Positions 1-13,600 of a DNA stretch of 64,000 bases are shown one piece after another (position 1 is the first letter of the stretch; each line of letters starts with the position of its first letter). The translations under genes and the position numbers were made by a program. A model generated the notes under the pieces. The model made no database searches and was not told the origin of the DNA. It was given only the letters and a program-made list of their open reading frames with translations. Location: positions 30,076,932 through 30,140,931 of the forward strand of contig OZ316892.1 in assembly GCA_973895155.1 (NCBI GenBank). The letters run 5' to 3'. Origin of the DNA: Marsupella aquatica. Taxonomy: Eukaryota; Plantae; Marchantiophyta.

Positions 1-2537
1 AAGAATCTTTATGTGTCGGTAACCCTCCTGAATGTGTATATCAAATGTGGGGCATTGTTGGATGCACGTCGAGTTTTTGATCAACTTGAGAAGAAGAGTG
101 TTATTACTTGGACCACATAATTGCAGGATATGCTAAGGGTGATCATGTTGAATCTGCACTAGAACTTTTCAATCAAATGCGCCAAGAAGGTGTGGAGCCT
201 AATGAGATCACTTATCTGAGCATCCTGAAGGCACTTGCCAACCCATCAGCTCTAAAATGGGGAAAGGAAGTTCATGCAAACATTCGACATGCTGGCTTTG
301 AATCAGATGTGCGTGTAGGGTCAGCCCTCCTACAGATGTATGCAAAATGTGGGTGCATCGCCGACGTAAGGAATGTTTTTGAGCAGTTGACGAATCGAAA
401 TGTCATTACATGGACTGTCATAATTCGAGCATATGCAGAACGTGGTCATGGTGTGGAAGCATATCGACTGTTTCTCCAAATGCGACGGGAAGGCTTCGAA
501 CCAAATGCATTCACTTATGTGAGCATTCTGAATGCCTCTGCAAGTGCGGGGGCTTTGAAGTGGGTGAAGGAGGTTCATGGCCATGCTAGCAAAGCGGGAC
601 TGGAGTCGGATTTGTATGTGGGTAGTGCACTGGTTCACATGTATGCAAAGAGTGACAGTATAGATGACGCCCGACTTGTTTTCGACAGAATGGAGAAACG
701 CAATGTAGTCACTTGGAATGTAATGATCGGTGGACTTGCACAACATCGATGTGGGCATGAAGCATATCGACTGTTCCTCCAAATGAGACGTGAAGGCTTC
801 GAACCAAATGCAGTCACCTATGCGAGTATTCTCAATGCATCTGCAAGTGAGGGGGCTTTGGAATGGGTGCAGGAAGTTCATGGCCATGCTAGCAAAGCGG
901 GACTGGAGTCAGATTTGCGTGTGGGCAATGCACTGGTTCACATGTACGCAGAGAGTGGCAGTATAGATGACGCCCGACTTGTTTTTGACAGAATTGAGAA
1001 CCGCAATGTAGTCACATGGAATGTAATGATCGGTGGACTTGCACAACATGGATGTGGCCATGAAGCATATCGACTGTTTCTCCGAATGAGACGCGAGGGC
1101 TTCGAACCAAATGCAGTCACTTATGTGAGCATCCTGAATGCATCTGCAAGTGAGGGGGCTTTGGAGTGGGTGAAGGAAGTTCATGGCCATGCTAGCAAAG
1201 CGGGGCTGGAGTCAGATTTACTTGTCGGCAATGCACTGGTTCACATGTATGCAAAGAGTGGGAGTGTAGATGACGCCCGACTTGTTTTTGACAGTATGGA
1301 GAAGCGCAATGTACGCACATGGAATGTAATGATTGGTGGACTTGCGCAACATAGATGTGGCCATGATGCATATCGACTGTTTCTCCAAATGAGACGTGAA
1401 GGCTTCGAACCAGATGCATTCACTTATGCTAGTATTCTCAATGCATCTGCGAGTGAGGGGGCTTTGGAATGGGTTAAGGACGTGCATGGCCATGCTAGCA
1501 AAGCGGGCCTGGAGTCAGATTTGCGTGTGGGCACTGCGCTAATACATATGTATGGAGAGAGTGGTAGCATAGATGACGCCCGACTTGTTTTTGACAGAAT
1601 GGAGAAACGCGATGTAGTCACGTGGAATGTAATGATCGGTGGATTTGCACGACATGGATGTGGGCATGAAGCCGTGGAACTCTTTAGGAAAATGACTGCA
1701 GACGGAGAGAAGCCCGATAGATTTTCGTTCGTGGCAGTGTTGTCAGCCTGTTGTCACGGAGGCCTTGTTAATGATGGCCGTAGACTCTTTTCAGCTATGA
1801 AGCAGGATTATGGAATCGAGCCTCACATTGTGCATTATAACTGCCTGGTGGATCTTCTTGGGCGGGCTGGACAGTTGGAGGAAGCAGAGCTCGTCATTAG
1901 TGAGATGCCAATTGCACCAAATGGTGTAACTTGGAAGGCCTTGCTTGGGGCTTGTAAAACTTACGGTAACTTGGAGTTGGGGGAACTTGCTGCTAAAGAG
2001 CTTTTCAAGTTGGAACCCAATAATGCCTCTGCATATGTGCTCCTCTCCAACATCTACGCTGCAGCTGGTAAGTGGGAGGAGAAGTCGTTGGTGCGCACAA
2101 TGATGCAAGACAAAGGTATTCGAAAGGAGCCAGGGCGGAGCTGGATTGAAGTCGATGACAAGATCCATAAATTTGTTGTAGGGGATAGATCGCACCCAGA
2201 ATCGAAGGCGATATATACTGAGCTCAATAAATTGACTGAAAAACTGAAGGCTGAAGGCTACATTCCGGATACCCGACTTGTGTTGCATGAAATCAATGAG
2301 GAGGATAAAGAACTAGCTCTTTGCTCTCATAGTGAGAAGTTGGCTATTGGTTACGGGCTTATGCACATACCTCGGGGAAAAGCAATTCGTGTATGGAAGA
2401 ACCTTCGGGTGTGTTCAGATTGCCATACCGCAACCAAGTTCATCTCTAAGGTGACTGGACGCGAGATTGTAGCCAGGGATGCCAATCGCTTTCACCATTT
2501 TAAAGATGGCAGATGTTCCTGTGGCGATTACTGGTGA
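1..2537 (+). CDS. PLS-class PPR protein with E1/E2/DYW deaminase domain (organellar C-to-U RNA editing factor); 5'-partial, with a 1-bp frameshift near nt 116
   Basis: ORF 108..2537 has five P-L-S triplets (303-nt period), P2-L2-S2, E motifs, PG box (KEPGRSWIEV), HSEK, CSDCH and terminal DYW. Nt 1-117 encode the preceding S motif (KNLYVSVTLLNVYIKCGALLDARRVFDQLEKKSVITWTT*) in a different frame. Confidence 0.9.
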
Positions 2538-2540
2538 CAG

Positions 2541-2737
2541 GTTGGCCACTGGTTACGGAGTATTGCACATACTTCGGGGAAAATCAATTGGTGCATGGAA
2601 AGACCTTCAGGTGTGTTCAGATTGCCATACCGCAACCGTGTTTATCTCTTACGTGACTTGCCGCGAGATTGTAGCCAGGAATGCCAATCGCTTTCACCAT
2701 TTTAAAGATGGCATATGTTCCTGATGGTAATTACTGG
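2541..2737 (+). pseudogene. Tandem duplicate of the C-terminal half of the DYW domain
   Basis: Directly after the stop at 2537, a diverged copy of ~2339-2534 reads [63 protein letters not shown]. It has no HSE motif. Confidence 0.85.
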
Positions 2738-3942
2738 ATGCCCGACTACTGTTTGACGAATTGAAAACTCGAGACCTATCACATGGACTACCACGATAGG
2801 AACATATGCAGAAAGTGGTCGTGGTGTGGAAGCATATCGAGTGTTTTGCCGGGAATGCAGTAAGTTATATGAGCGTCCTAAATGCAAATGCAAGCGCAAG
2901 GGCTTTGGAGTGGGTGAAGGAGGTTCATGGGCATGCTAGCAAAGCGGAACTGGAGTCGGAGTTGCGTGTGGGCAATGCAGTGGTTCACATGTATTGAATA
3001 CTGGCAGTACAGATGATGCGGGACGAGTTTTTGACGTAATGGAGAAACATTTATTCACACGGACTGCAATGATTGGTGGACTTTCACAACATGGATGTGG
3101 GCATGAAGCCCTGGAACTCTTTAAAAAAAATGAACGTGGGCTTGTGAAGCCCGACGGGACTATATTCGTGGAAGTGTTGTCTGCCTGTTGCCGTGGAGGC
3201 CTTCTTTATGACGGCCGTGGAGTCTTTTCAGCTATGACGCAAGATTATGGCATCGAGCCTGATATTGTGCACTATAATTTCGTGGCGAATCTTCTTGGGT
3301 GGGCTGGACACTTGGAGGAAGCAACGCTCTTAATTAGTGACATGCCAATTGAACCAGATGTAGTAACTTGGACATCCTTGCTCGGGGCTTGTAGAACTGA
3401 CGGTAATATGAAGACCAGGCCGCTAACAAGCTTTTCCTCTACATATGTGCTTCGCTCCAGCATCTATCCTGCAGCTGGCAATTGGGAGGAGATTTCATTG
3501 GTGCACACTATCATGCAACAGGGAGCTGTTCAGAAGGAGCTGGATTGAAGTTGAAAGCAAGATCCATAACTTTGTTGTAGGGGATGTATCACACCCAGAA
3601 GCGAAGGCGATCTATACTGAGCTGAAGAAATTTACTGGAAAACTGAAAACTGAAAGCGGAAAGCTACATTCCTGACACCCAGCTTGGGCTGCAGAATGTC
3701 GAGGAGGTGGATAAGGAACTAGCTGTTTGTTGTCATAGTGAGAAGTTGGCTATTACTTACGGACGTCTGCCCATACCTCCGGGGAATCCTATTCGTTTAG
3801 ACAATAACCTTCGGATGTGTTCAGATTGCCATACAGCAACCAAGTTTATCTCAAGGTGACAGGACACGAGATTATAGCGAGGGATGCAAGTCGCTTTCAC
3901 TATTTCACAGGTGGCGTGTGTTCTTGTGGTGATTACTGGTGA
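2738..3942 (+). pseudogene. Degenerate PLS-DYW PPR pseudogene
   Basis: PPR, E and DYW pieces lie in several frames (ORFs 2806..2997, 2994..3548, 3445..3675) with stops and deletions. It ends ...TCTTGTGGTGATTACTGGTGA (CGDYW*), followed by a 3' flank shared with the other paralogs. Confidence 0.9.
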
Positions 3943-5902
3943 CCAGACTGAAAGCTGCGTTGCGCTGGGTGGAAAGTGACTCTAAAGTAGTACTCACTGA
4001 CAGCTTGTTTTAGTGGTTGCCTGATGAAGGGCATGCGTTCCAAAAGCAGTACTGCAGCCTCGACGATGGCAGTTGTGACGGGAGCTTTGACATGACGTAA
4101 TTTGACGTTGCACCTGACCCTTATGGCTGACTTACTATTTCATCCATTGATCTCTTTGGCCAGGAACGGATGCTGAAAAGCAATCCCAATTCTTCAGGTA
4201 CTCTCTCTGACTAATATTGGGAAGGAAATCGTTGGTCACTGTGAGTGTTCGCAGACGTTTTAATTTCTACGCTAACGCGATAATGTCGAACAGGAAATCA
4301 CTGGAGTTGCTACTTGGCATCACAGATGTGCGAAATCAAGCTCTTTGCTTGAGATGAACAAAATTCTTTTCATTTGAGGAATTCCTCCAAATTTCCTGGT
4401 TAGATTAGGAGAAGAAGATTTTTGCAGATGTGCTCCAGTAGCTGTCTTGTCGCGGACAAGGGCTGGAAAGAATGATGATTCTGGACTGAAGCTAGGGGAG
4501 AATTATCCAACATGCAATTCTCTGTTGATGTCTCTAACTCATCATGAATTAAAGTTTTCCTCTTAAAGCAATGGAATAAATTTTAGCTATCTCTTTTGTG
4601 AGATTTATAAAGGGGTTAGATTACAGGTTTTTGTTTATGTTAAAAGTTTTAATCTTCGGGCTGGAACCTTGCCCATTCGAATGATGGCACTGTTCAATCC
4701 GTTAACCAATTTCGGCAGTTGATTCCCAGGGTCTATCTTTGGCTCTTAGACTGAATTTTTCTTTACAGTTTTCGGGGGTAGTTGTGAATTGCGGTAGTAG
4801 TTGTTGTGACGTTCCTCTTCCGCGAGTTGGAAGCATTTAACCTCATTGCTAGAGTAGCTTTGTCTCCTGTCGGCTAAACTGGCGACCGTCTCGAGAGATG
4901 AACAATTTTTATGACTCATTCACTTGCTCATGGCCATGATTTTCGGCGTCGTCTTCCCCCCAAAATCCAAATGACCCAAGTCGTATCTCCCAGCTGCAAC
5001 TGGTCCTCCGCCCCTTAAATCGAAATATCTCCATCGATGTGCACTTTACGGCCTTTGGTGCCCTTTATGGGGCACTTCCGAATTTACAGTAGGCCTCAGC
5101 GGTCGACTCAAAATACGGTCGACAGTTGGAGGTTTCTCGTTGAAAAGAACACTTAACAAAACTTTAGATACTCATGACAAAGTAAAGAAAACATTCCTGT
5201 CTTCAAGCTCTAATTTAAACTGGCAGCCCAGAGGAGAAAATGTGAAAAAGGTGGGAAGGTTTGGAGCTTACCTTTTCCAACGATGTTCGTTCTGTAAAGA
5301 ATTAAAGTAGAACTTCAAACACCGTAAAATTTTGCCTCAAAAAATAGTTTGCAGGTTGGAAGCTTTTTATGAGGAGAAACTGTTGGGAGAGAATAGCGCA
5401 GAGGTTAAAGTACACTGGGCAGATACCAGATGCACTCCACAACCTGGAAGAGACATCGCTGTTTAACTTGACACTCACATACGCGGGTCGACTTGTGGTC
5501 GTCTTTCTTTACGACTCCCTCCGGCCCATAATCCTATACATATGCCAGCTATATTCACTTTCTCTTTTTTCTTTTGGTGTACATTCACGTGAAGTAAGCG
5601 TGGCGGAAACGACGCGACGAAGGGGAACAAGACGAAATGGCTGCAGATGTTGCAGTAGTAAAAGGGCGAGTTGTCATATATCTGAGAAGAGTAGTGGTCG
5701 AGGGTTTAAGGCTCTGATTGAAGAAACGCAGTGGGGTTTAGTCGTTAACGCAATTGAGTGTTGACGAAGGAGAGCGGGAGATGGAGCTTGCCCGCGGGCC
5801 CCGAGATCGGATTGGGTGAAAGGGAAGTGGGCAGCCAGCGTTGGTCTTCCAGCGTGGCAGACGAAGAGGTGGGGAGGAGGCAGGAGTAGAGGGGAGTGAA
5901 CC

Positions 5903-8900
5903 ATGTGGAAAACAGAGAGAGCAGGTCCATTTAGGGGAGTGTGGAGGAGAGCGATTCCTATCAGTGAAGTGATGAAACGAAGCAGAATCATTCTGCCGGA
6001 ATTGGGGCCGCCGGTGCACGTTCTGCCACAGCAGCAGGCCCCGCACCTCTCCTCTGCCTCCACCTCTTGCTCCACCATCCTCTCTTCCCACCTCCAGCCC
6101 TGTGGACGGGATCGCAAGAATTCGTCGCATATCATCGGGTTGCTCTTAAGGTCAACAATTAATTTTTGTTCATTGTTGTTTCGTTTCTGTTCTTCTTGAA
6201 GTGAATACACATTACTTTCTGCTTGTTGGGTTTGTCGTTTGGATTTCATTTCTCATTCCTCTGTGGATATACTCGGATCTATTTAGTCCCTCACTTAACG
6301 TTATTCACCGGGAGATACTCTAAATGGGTTTGACAGCGGCAACTAAGGTTCAATAGCTTAGCTTGGGTCCTGTGAATTCAATGGAGGAGTGCTTCCCTTC
6401 GCTTCCCTTCCCTTCCCTTCCCTTCCCTTCCCTTCCCTTCCCATGCAAAATGGCTCCAATGCCACTTTCCTTAGTCGTTTCTGTTATATCGTGGAGCATT
6501 GCCCACCCGTTCCATCGTTTTAACTTGGAAACTGTAATTTTTCATTTTTTCCAGGCATCAGCGACAGCGGGTGCTTCTCTTGGAAAATTACCTACAATAT
6601 GGAAGTTTTGCTGTAAAGCATTTCGCATCGTCTTTTCTTGGAGATGCCACATTGGAACAGCAGAGCCTGTGGACGAAGGAAAACATTAAGGACGCATTCA
6701 ACTTGAATCCCACCAGGGAACAAAAGAGATGTGCGCATGTACAGTCGTTCAATGGACCGTTTGACGAATCTCATCGACCCACAGAGAATTATCCCTCTCT
6801 AGTCACCCAGCTCTGCACTGCACTTGAGCCTCAATTCCGTTCCGCGAACATGGATCAGAGCAAGATCCGTCACTTGAATGCTCCTGGGAATTTGGACCAA
6901 AGTACTTCATCATCAGCGCTCGAAGTTATCCAGCGGGATTCGAAAGCAAATTCTAATTCAGGACCCATAGTCAGCTGTATGGACATGCATAGAGCGGGGA
7001 CCACGAGTGAAGCAATTGTTTTGTTGCAGAATCGTCTACAACGAGGCAGTACGATAGACTCGTCCACATTTGTTAAAGTTCTGCAAATGTGCTCGAAAAA
7101 GAGAGACCTTTTAGCGGCCAAGCAGGTTCATGTCTTCATCGTCCAGAGTGGAATGGATACAGACCTATACGTGGCTAACACCCTCCTGCATGTGTACATT
7201 AGTTGCGGGGAAATTTTGAATGCACGGCGAGTTTTTGACAAACTTGAGAAGAAGAGTGTTATTACTTGGAACGCGATGATAACAGGATATGCTAGGAGTG
7301 ATGATGCTGAATCCGCACTTGAACTTTTCCAACTAATGCGCCAAGATGGTGCAAGGCCTAATGAGGTCACATATCTGTGCATCCTGAAGGCATGTTCGAG
7401 CCCATTAGCTCTAACATCAGTAAAACAAGTTCACGAGTGTATTCAGCATGCAGGCTTTGAATCAGATGTGCGTGTAGGGACTGCCCTCCTTCAGGCGTAT
7501 GCAAAGTGTGGGTGCATCAGGGAGGCAAGGCGAGTTTTTGAAAGATTGACTAATCGAAATATTGTCACATGGACCCTAATGATTGGAGCATATGCAGAAA
7601 GTGGGCATGGTGGGGAAGCATATCGACTGTTTCTCGCAATGCGACGGGAAGGCTTCAAACCAAATGCAATCACTTACGTGAGCATCCTGAATGCATCTGC
7701 AAGTTCGGGGGCTTTGAAGTGGGTAAAGGAGGTTCACCGCCATGCTAGAAAAGCGGGACTGGAGTTGGATTTGCGTGTCCGCAATGCACTCGTTCACATG
7801 TATGCAAAGAGTGGGAGTATAGATGACGCCCGACTTGTTTTTGACAGAATGGAACAACGCGATGTAACCACATGGACCGTAATGATCGGTGGACTTGCAC
7901 AACATGGATGTGGGCATGAAGCATATCGATTGTTTCTCCAAATGCGACGGGAAGGCTTCGAACCAGATGCATTCACCTATGCTAGTATTCTCAATGCATC
8001 TGCAAGTGCGGGGGCTTTGGAGTGGGGGAAGGAGGTTCATGACCAAGCTAGCGAAGCGGGACTGGAGTCGGATTTGCATGTGGGCACTGCACTGGTTCGC
8101 ATGTATGCACAGAGTGGCAGTATAAATGATGCCCGATTAGTTTTCGAAAGAATGGAGAAACGTAATGTAGTCACATGGACTACCATGATCGGCGGACTTG
8201 CACACCATGGATTTAGGCATGAAGCCCTGGCACTCTTCAGAAAAATGAATACGGACCGTGTGAAGCCCAATGGGACTACATTCGTGGCAGTTCTGTCAGC
8301 TTGTTGTCATGGAGGCCTTCTTGATGACGGTCGTAGACTCTTTTCAGCTATGATGCAAGATTATGGAATCGAGCCTGACATTGTGCATTATACGTGCATG
8401 GTGGATCTTCTTGGGCGGGCGGGACACTTGGAGGAAGCAAAGCGATTCATTAGTGACATGCCAGTTGAACCAGATGTAGTAACTTGGACAGCCTTGCTTG
8501 GTGCTTGTAGGACTTACGGTAATGTGGAGTTGGGCGAACTTGCCGCTAACGAGCTTTTCAGGTTAGAACCCAGTAAGGCCTCTACACACGTGCTTCTCTC
8601 CAACTTATATGCAGCAGCTGGCAAATGGGAGAAGGTTTCCTTGGTGCGCACTATGATGCAAAAGAGAGGTGTTTGGAAGGAGCCAGGGCGTAGCTGGATT
8701 GAAGTCGATAACAAGGTCCATGAATTTGTTGTCGGGGATATGTCCCACCCAGAAGCGAAGGCGATATATGCTGAGCTCAATAAATTGACTGAAAAACTGA
8801 AGGCTGAAGGCTACATTGCGGATACACGGCTTGTGTTGCATGATATTAATGAGGAAAACGCTCTTTGCTCTCATAGTGAGAGGTTGGCAATTGCTTACGG

Positions 8901-9081
8901 ACTGATGCACATACCTCGGGGAGAGCCAATTCGTGTAAGGAAGAACCTTCGGGTGTGTCCAGATTGCCATACAGCAACCAAGTTTATCACTAAGGTGACA
9001 GGACGCGAGATTATAGCGAGGGATACAAATCGCTTTCATCATTTTAAAGACGGCGTATGTTCTTGTGGTGATTACTGGTGA
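5903..9081 (+). CDS. PLS-class PPR-DYW RNA editing factor; predicted exon 1 5903..6138 (or ..6150), exon 2 6555..9081
   Basis: ORF 6571..9081 has L-S, three PLS triplets, P2L2S2, E, PG box, HSER, CPDCH and DYW. The acceptor ttttttccag at 6554 needs a phase-2 donor. The ATG-led R/S-rich ORF at 5903 (transit-peptide-like) offers phase-2 donors at 6138/6139 and 6150/6151. Exon 1 is inferred. Confidence 0.9.
6393..6442. repeat. (CCCTT)n microsatellite in the predicted PPR intron
   Basis: Direct pentanucleotide repeat. Confidence 0.9.
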
Positions 9082-10623
9082 CCGGATTGAAAGCAGTGTT
9101 GCGCGGCTGGAAAAGTTACTGTGCACGTTTAACTAGACAAGAAAATGTGTTATGGCAGAGTGGCAGAGTGGTAGTCCGTAAGGGGAGGCAAGTTCCGCGA
9201 TTAGGAGCTCTGACTGTCGCATGAAGCATCTACGACAACCCCCACCCCTACCCGATTGATAAAGGCTACCTGCTCTTTGCGGGCTCCTTATCGAAAGCGT
9301 ATCATCCCGGTCTTTGCCCACATCATGAACGAGGCATGACAACAGACCTACCAATGGAACCATGGCGTAGAGTGGAGGGCTTCACCCTAAAGTTGAGCCT
9401 CCCAAGTACCACTAGTCGTTGGTCCCGCACTCTTCAAAACCACCAACTTTTGACACAACCATGGAAAGTCGAGAGTGAGGCCTTCTAGCACATAATCATG
9501 CCCTCCATCTGATGAGGGACAGTAACCAAAAGGGTCTGGGGTCCAAAAGTGCTACTCACATGGATTACTCCCTGACTCTCACCCTGGGAACTATCCATCT
9601 AACTGCGGGACAACCGGTCCAACCTTGACTGAACAATCTATGGAATTAGGAACCACTATATTGGATCAGTCCATCAGTACATTGATTGAGAACACAGAAC
9701 GCTCCTCTGTATGTATTTCTTCACTTCCTGTTCCACAAGTTTGGAGAGATACTTCTTTGTCAAACAGTAAAAGACCTATTCCGTGAGCACGGTCTTTCTC
9801 CCTCTAGTTAACGTTTGACACAATCAAGACCAGAATGAAAGGCGAACTGGATCCCTGTAGACCAACTGTGGTGACAAGATGTTGGATCTTAGAATTGGTT
9901 GAGTTTATTTCACAAAATGTACAAAACAGTATATAGCGCTTCACGCATGTTGTACAATGGTACATGAACTGGTTCTATAACTACTTACAAAAAGTTCAGC
10001 TGAATCCCCGAGAAGCCGAAACTGGGAGGAACACACCCAGTCTATTTTCAAGTGGACTGCTCCCATCCCAATTGCTTTGCAATAGGTCCGCTTCCACTAT
10101 CCAGATGTGAGCACTTGCCAATGGGTTTCCGTAAAACGTATGATCGGTTTGCTTCTTTCTATACAACAAAATGTGTAATCTTTATAAAATGATTTGTAAC
10201 TATCATCCACCTTGTTGCGCGCCAAATTGGTAGGCTTCAGGTGGGGAAAATCGAATTTCATTCCTCATGCCACCGAATAAATAGTGACGAAGAAACCTCT
10301 GAAAAACTGGAAATTGACGTTTTAGAGGACCGTTCCGCTCGTGTTCATCTCCCCATAGCAGGCCTTCAAATAACAGAACCCGCAAATGGAAGACCACAAT
10401 GGTGCAAGAGAGAGAATAAGGACCCAACAACTTGGCTTGCGATTCTACATGTGACACTTCCTCGAGTTCTTGGCACCATCTGGGCTCTCAAGAGATCCAA
10501 AATCCAGGAGCAGTTGAAGCTGTGAATCAGGCTACAAAAAAATGCTGGCTGTGAACGTTTCCGCCTGTGTGAGGAACCCAACAGATGTAGAGCAGCTCAA
10601 ACATACATCGCATTTGATTTCTG

Positions 10624-13600
10624 TCATAAAGATGGAGTGTCATAAAGGTGGTGTGTTTTGATGTAGTGTATGACACTGTCTGCTGTCAAGTACTTGATTG
10701 ATAACCCTCTCCCCAAATTTCGTCTGCAGTAGAGTGGAGAAATGAGTGCGCCACGACTAAGATTTGGAAACCATCAACAGACTCGACTACAACCGAACCT
10801 AACAGAGGAACATCGTCACTGACTGTCAAATGAGACATGATTCAAATATTTACACTCAAATTAGTAATTTCCATCTTGGTCCGGGTGATGGCACAGCACA
10901 CACCCACCAGCGATTACTGGAGCCCAAGCCATTAGTCCTGAGCTGGACCAGATGTCACTTGTTGTAATCAGTATGTTTTCCACGACACTTCGTCATATTT
11001 ATGTAATCAAAATACAAATGAATGGATATATTTAGATAATTACTTACGGACAAATGTTGACCACTAGATTTTTAAAGGTGTACTATACTGAGAAGGGACA
11101 CATTAAGAGCCACACGGATAGAGTCACAGCTAAGTGACACTTCGAAACACACCTTCTGATGTGACCCACCTACCCACAAGCAATCTCCTACAGCTAGAAA
11201 AACAGAAATTATTCATTAGTGAAAATTCGCATGATCTTTATTTGGATGGACCAGTTCGGGTTACAGACTGCCGGGCAAGAGAATTGGGTTTACCTTAGCT
11301 TGGTTGAGCTGATCTCATTTGTTATGTGCTCCTCGACAACAACTATATTTTTCTGCGGTGTAACAACAAAAAGTTCAGCAATAGAAGGAGCTGCAAAAAC
11401 GAATATCCAGGGCCACAATTTGACCTACTGTATTTCTTCGGTTCAGCAATTGCACCCTTCTTATAAATGTACAAGGACCTTGACTAGAAGTAGTAACACG
11501 AAGGTCCTCTTTCACAACAGATTATAAAGGAACACATCAACTAACATCAATCGTCTCGACGGAAAGCTTACTCTGTATTCATACAGGACATCATTTTCAA
11601 ATACAAGCTTCCGTAGATCCTTTCCTTCTCTTGGAATGCAAACAACCCCATGATCATGGAATATAGATTGTATCTGCACCAACGACAAAGTGACATGTCA
11701 AGAAACATCCAGAGGCAATAGGCTCCACCGAGTCCTTCAAAGGCAACAGACACTGCACCCCAACAAGCGCCGCACGATTGTTGGACTTGCAACCACTGCT
11801 AGATCACCAAAAGATGAATATACAGATGTCGACCATTGCTTAGCCAACAGCTCCTGCATTGATCTAGTTTTACCACCTTGATAAAATCAATTCACAGAAT
11901 CACATGTTACTAAAATATCAAGCCCGCATCTGATCCAGGGCTTTACTTCAACTCCTTGCTACGCCTAAATATTGAGACACAATTAATTCTTAGAACTATG
12001 GCTGTTCTGTGTAAATCGAGGACCAACGCTATGGAAGGCAAACTATTTCCGGCCCACGTACCTCTCCCCATAAAAGAGCGTAGATAATAGTTTGCATTCA
12101 ACAACTTAAAATCGAGGTTCAGGAATACCAAGAGGTCATAGGAAAGTACCTGCTCAGGAATCCAAACGCCAGGGGCAGTAAATGATTCCAGAAGATCTGC
12201 ACCACATAACAGCATCACTCGAACTTTTTCTGCAATCATTTCAAGCACAGCCCACAAGTGATCAGCAAGACAGTTGTCAACCCTGCGTACTTCAAATTCC
12301 CCCTGATCATAGAACGCTGAGCATGCACGCAAAAATGGGCTCAGAATACTGTCGGAGCTATTGACAACACACTGGCATGAGTGAAGTGGTATTCGATTGA
12401 AGATACAGATTCACTTAAGTATTGATCAAAACTAGAAGGGGGAAGTTCTCACCATCATTTGCAAAGCCATGAGAGTTGACTGCATGATCCACCCGGCCCA
12501 GCACAGTGAGGGTGCGCTGATAAGTAACCTGCTTCGCCTACTTCACCCATCCCATTAACCCAACTCACCTCAGCAATTTTATTTGTCCCTAAAAGTTACT
12601 ATCTTGTTTCCTAGAAATAGAATAGAAGGGCAAATAGAATAGCATTGAGTTTCCCAAAAAAGAGCTCATAGCACACGAAGTGACTGAATTACAACACTTA
12701 TTGCATCATACAATCGCAAACCATATCCAATTTGTCCAGGAAGAATCAGGTTTTTATTTTCACTATATTTTCAATTTCTATATGTACACATATATATTGT
12801 GAGCTGGGGGATAGGGAGGGTCGGCACACGCACCTCCCAAGGATCAACCATGATGAATGATGAATCACTGGTCGCCATCTGGCATAACGTGATCCGGTGC
12901 TCTGCGGGAGCCAAACCCTTGGCCAGAAATCAACACATCAGGAACATTGCCAATAGCGCAACAGCAATTTTCCATGGAAATACCAGAGAAGTTTTTTAGC
13001 TGTGCATCAAGAGTACCATCTTGCCCAGCAAGCCATCCAAAACGTTACTGTTGCCTGTCACTGACAATGAACTGTCTTATCTAGGTCCAAATGTGAACAT
13101 TCTCATTCTACCCGCAAATCTAACCGGCACTTAACTGTTCTATAAAAGGTAAGGAAAGGGCATCAACATCGACCACGTCCAAAAATTGGACAAACGAATG
13201 GAATAATTTTGTCACTAACTGACCGACAGCTCTCTGCAGATACCTAGCTACTGAGAACTATTGAGAACACATAAGCGCTTGAGATCACCTTCTTGCCATA
13301 GGAATCGTTTACAGGAGACATGTACCCTCCAAGTACATCGTATCCTTCGCCAACGAGAGCATCTCGTGCAATTTCTTAAGAGGCAGGTAAACAATAAGCC
13401 ACTGTTCCTTAGTAACACTCATAAGCATCAAACGTGTACTGCGATCTTTTGGTGTGCAAAATGACATCCAAGAGGTGCATTTGACTGTTGAAAATCTGGT
13501 TGAATCACTTAAGATGGATTTCGTGGACGAATTATGACAGTCCAATTGAAGGTAGACATGTGATGCGCAAATTGACATGAATCGAAGCGATATTAATTCG

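Noticed and set aside
330-2288. Recurrent antisense ORFs (MAMNFLHP.., MTAFGSKPSR..) over the PPR genes
   Set aside because: They are shadows of the 303-nt PPR repeat and its codon bias, with no independent coding evidence.
2120-2537. U-to-C (DYW:KP/GRP-type) editing domain
   Set aside because: All intact copies have a PG-type box, HSE, CxDCH and terminal DYW, which is the canonical C-to-U type.
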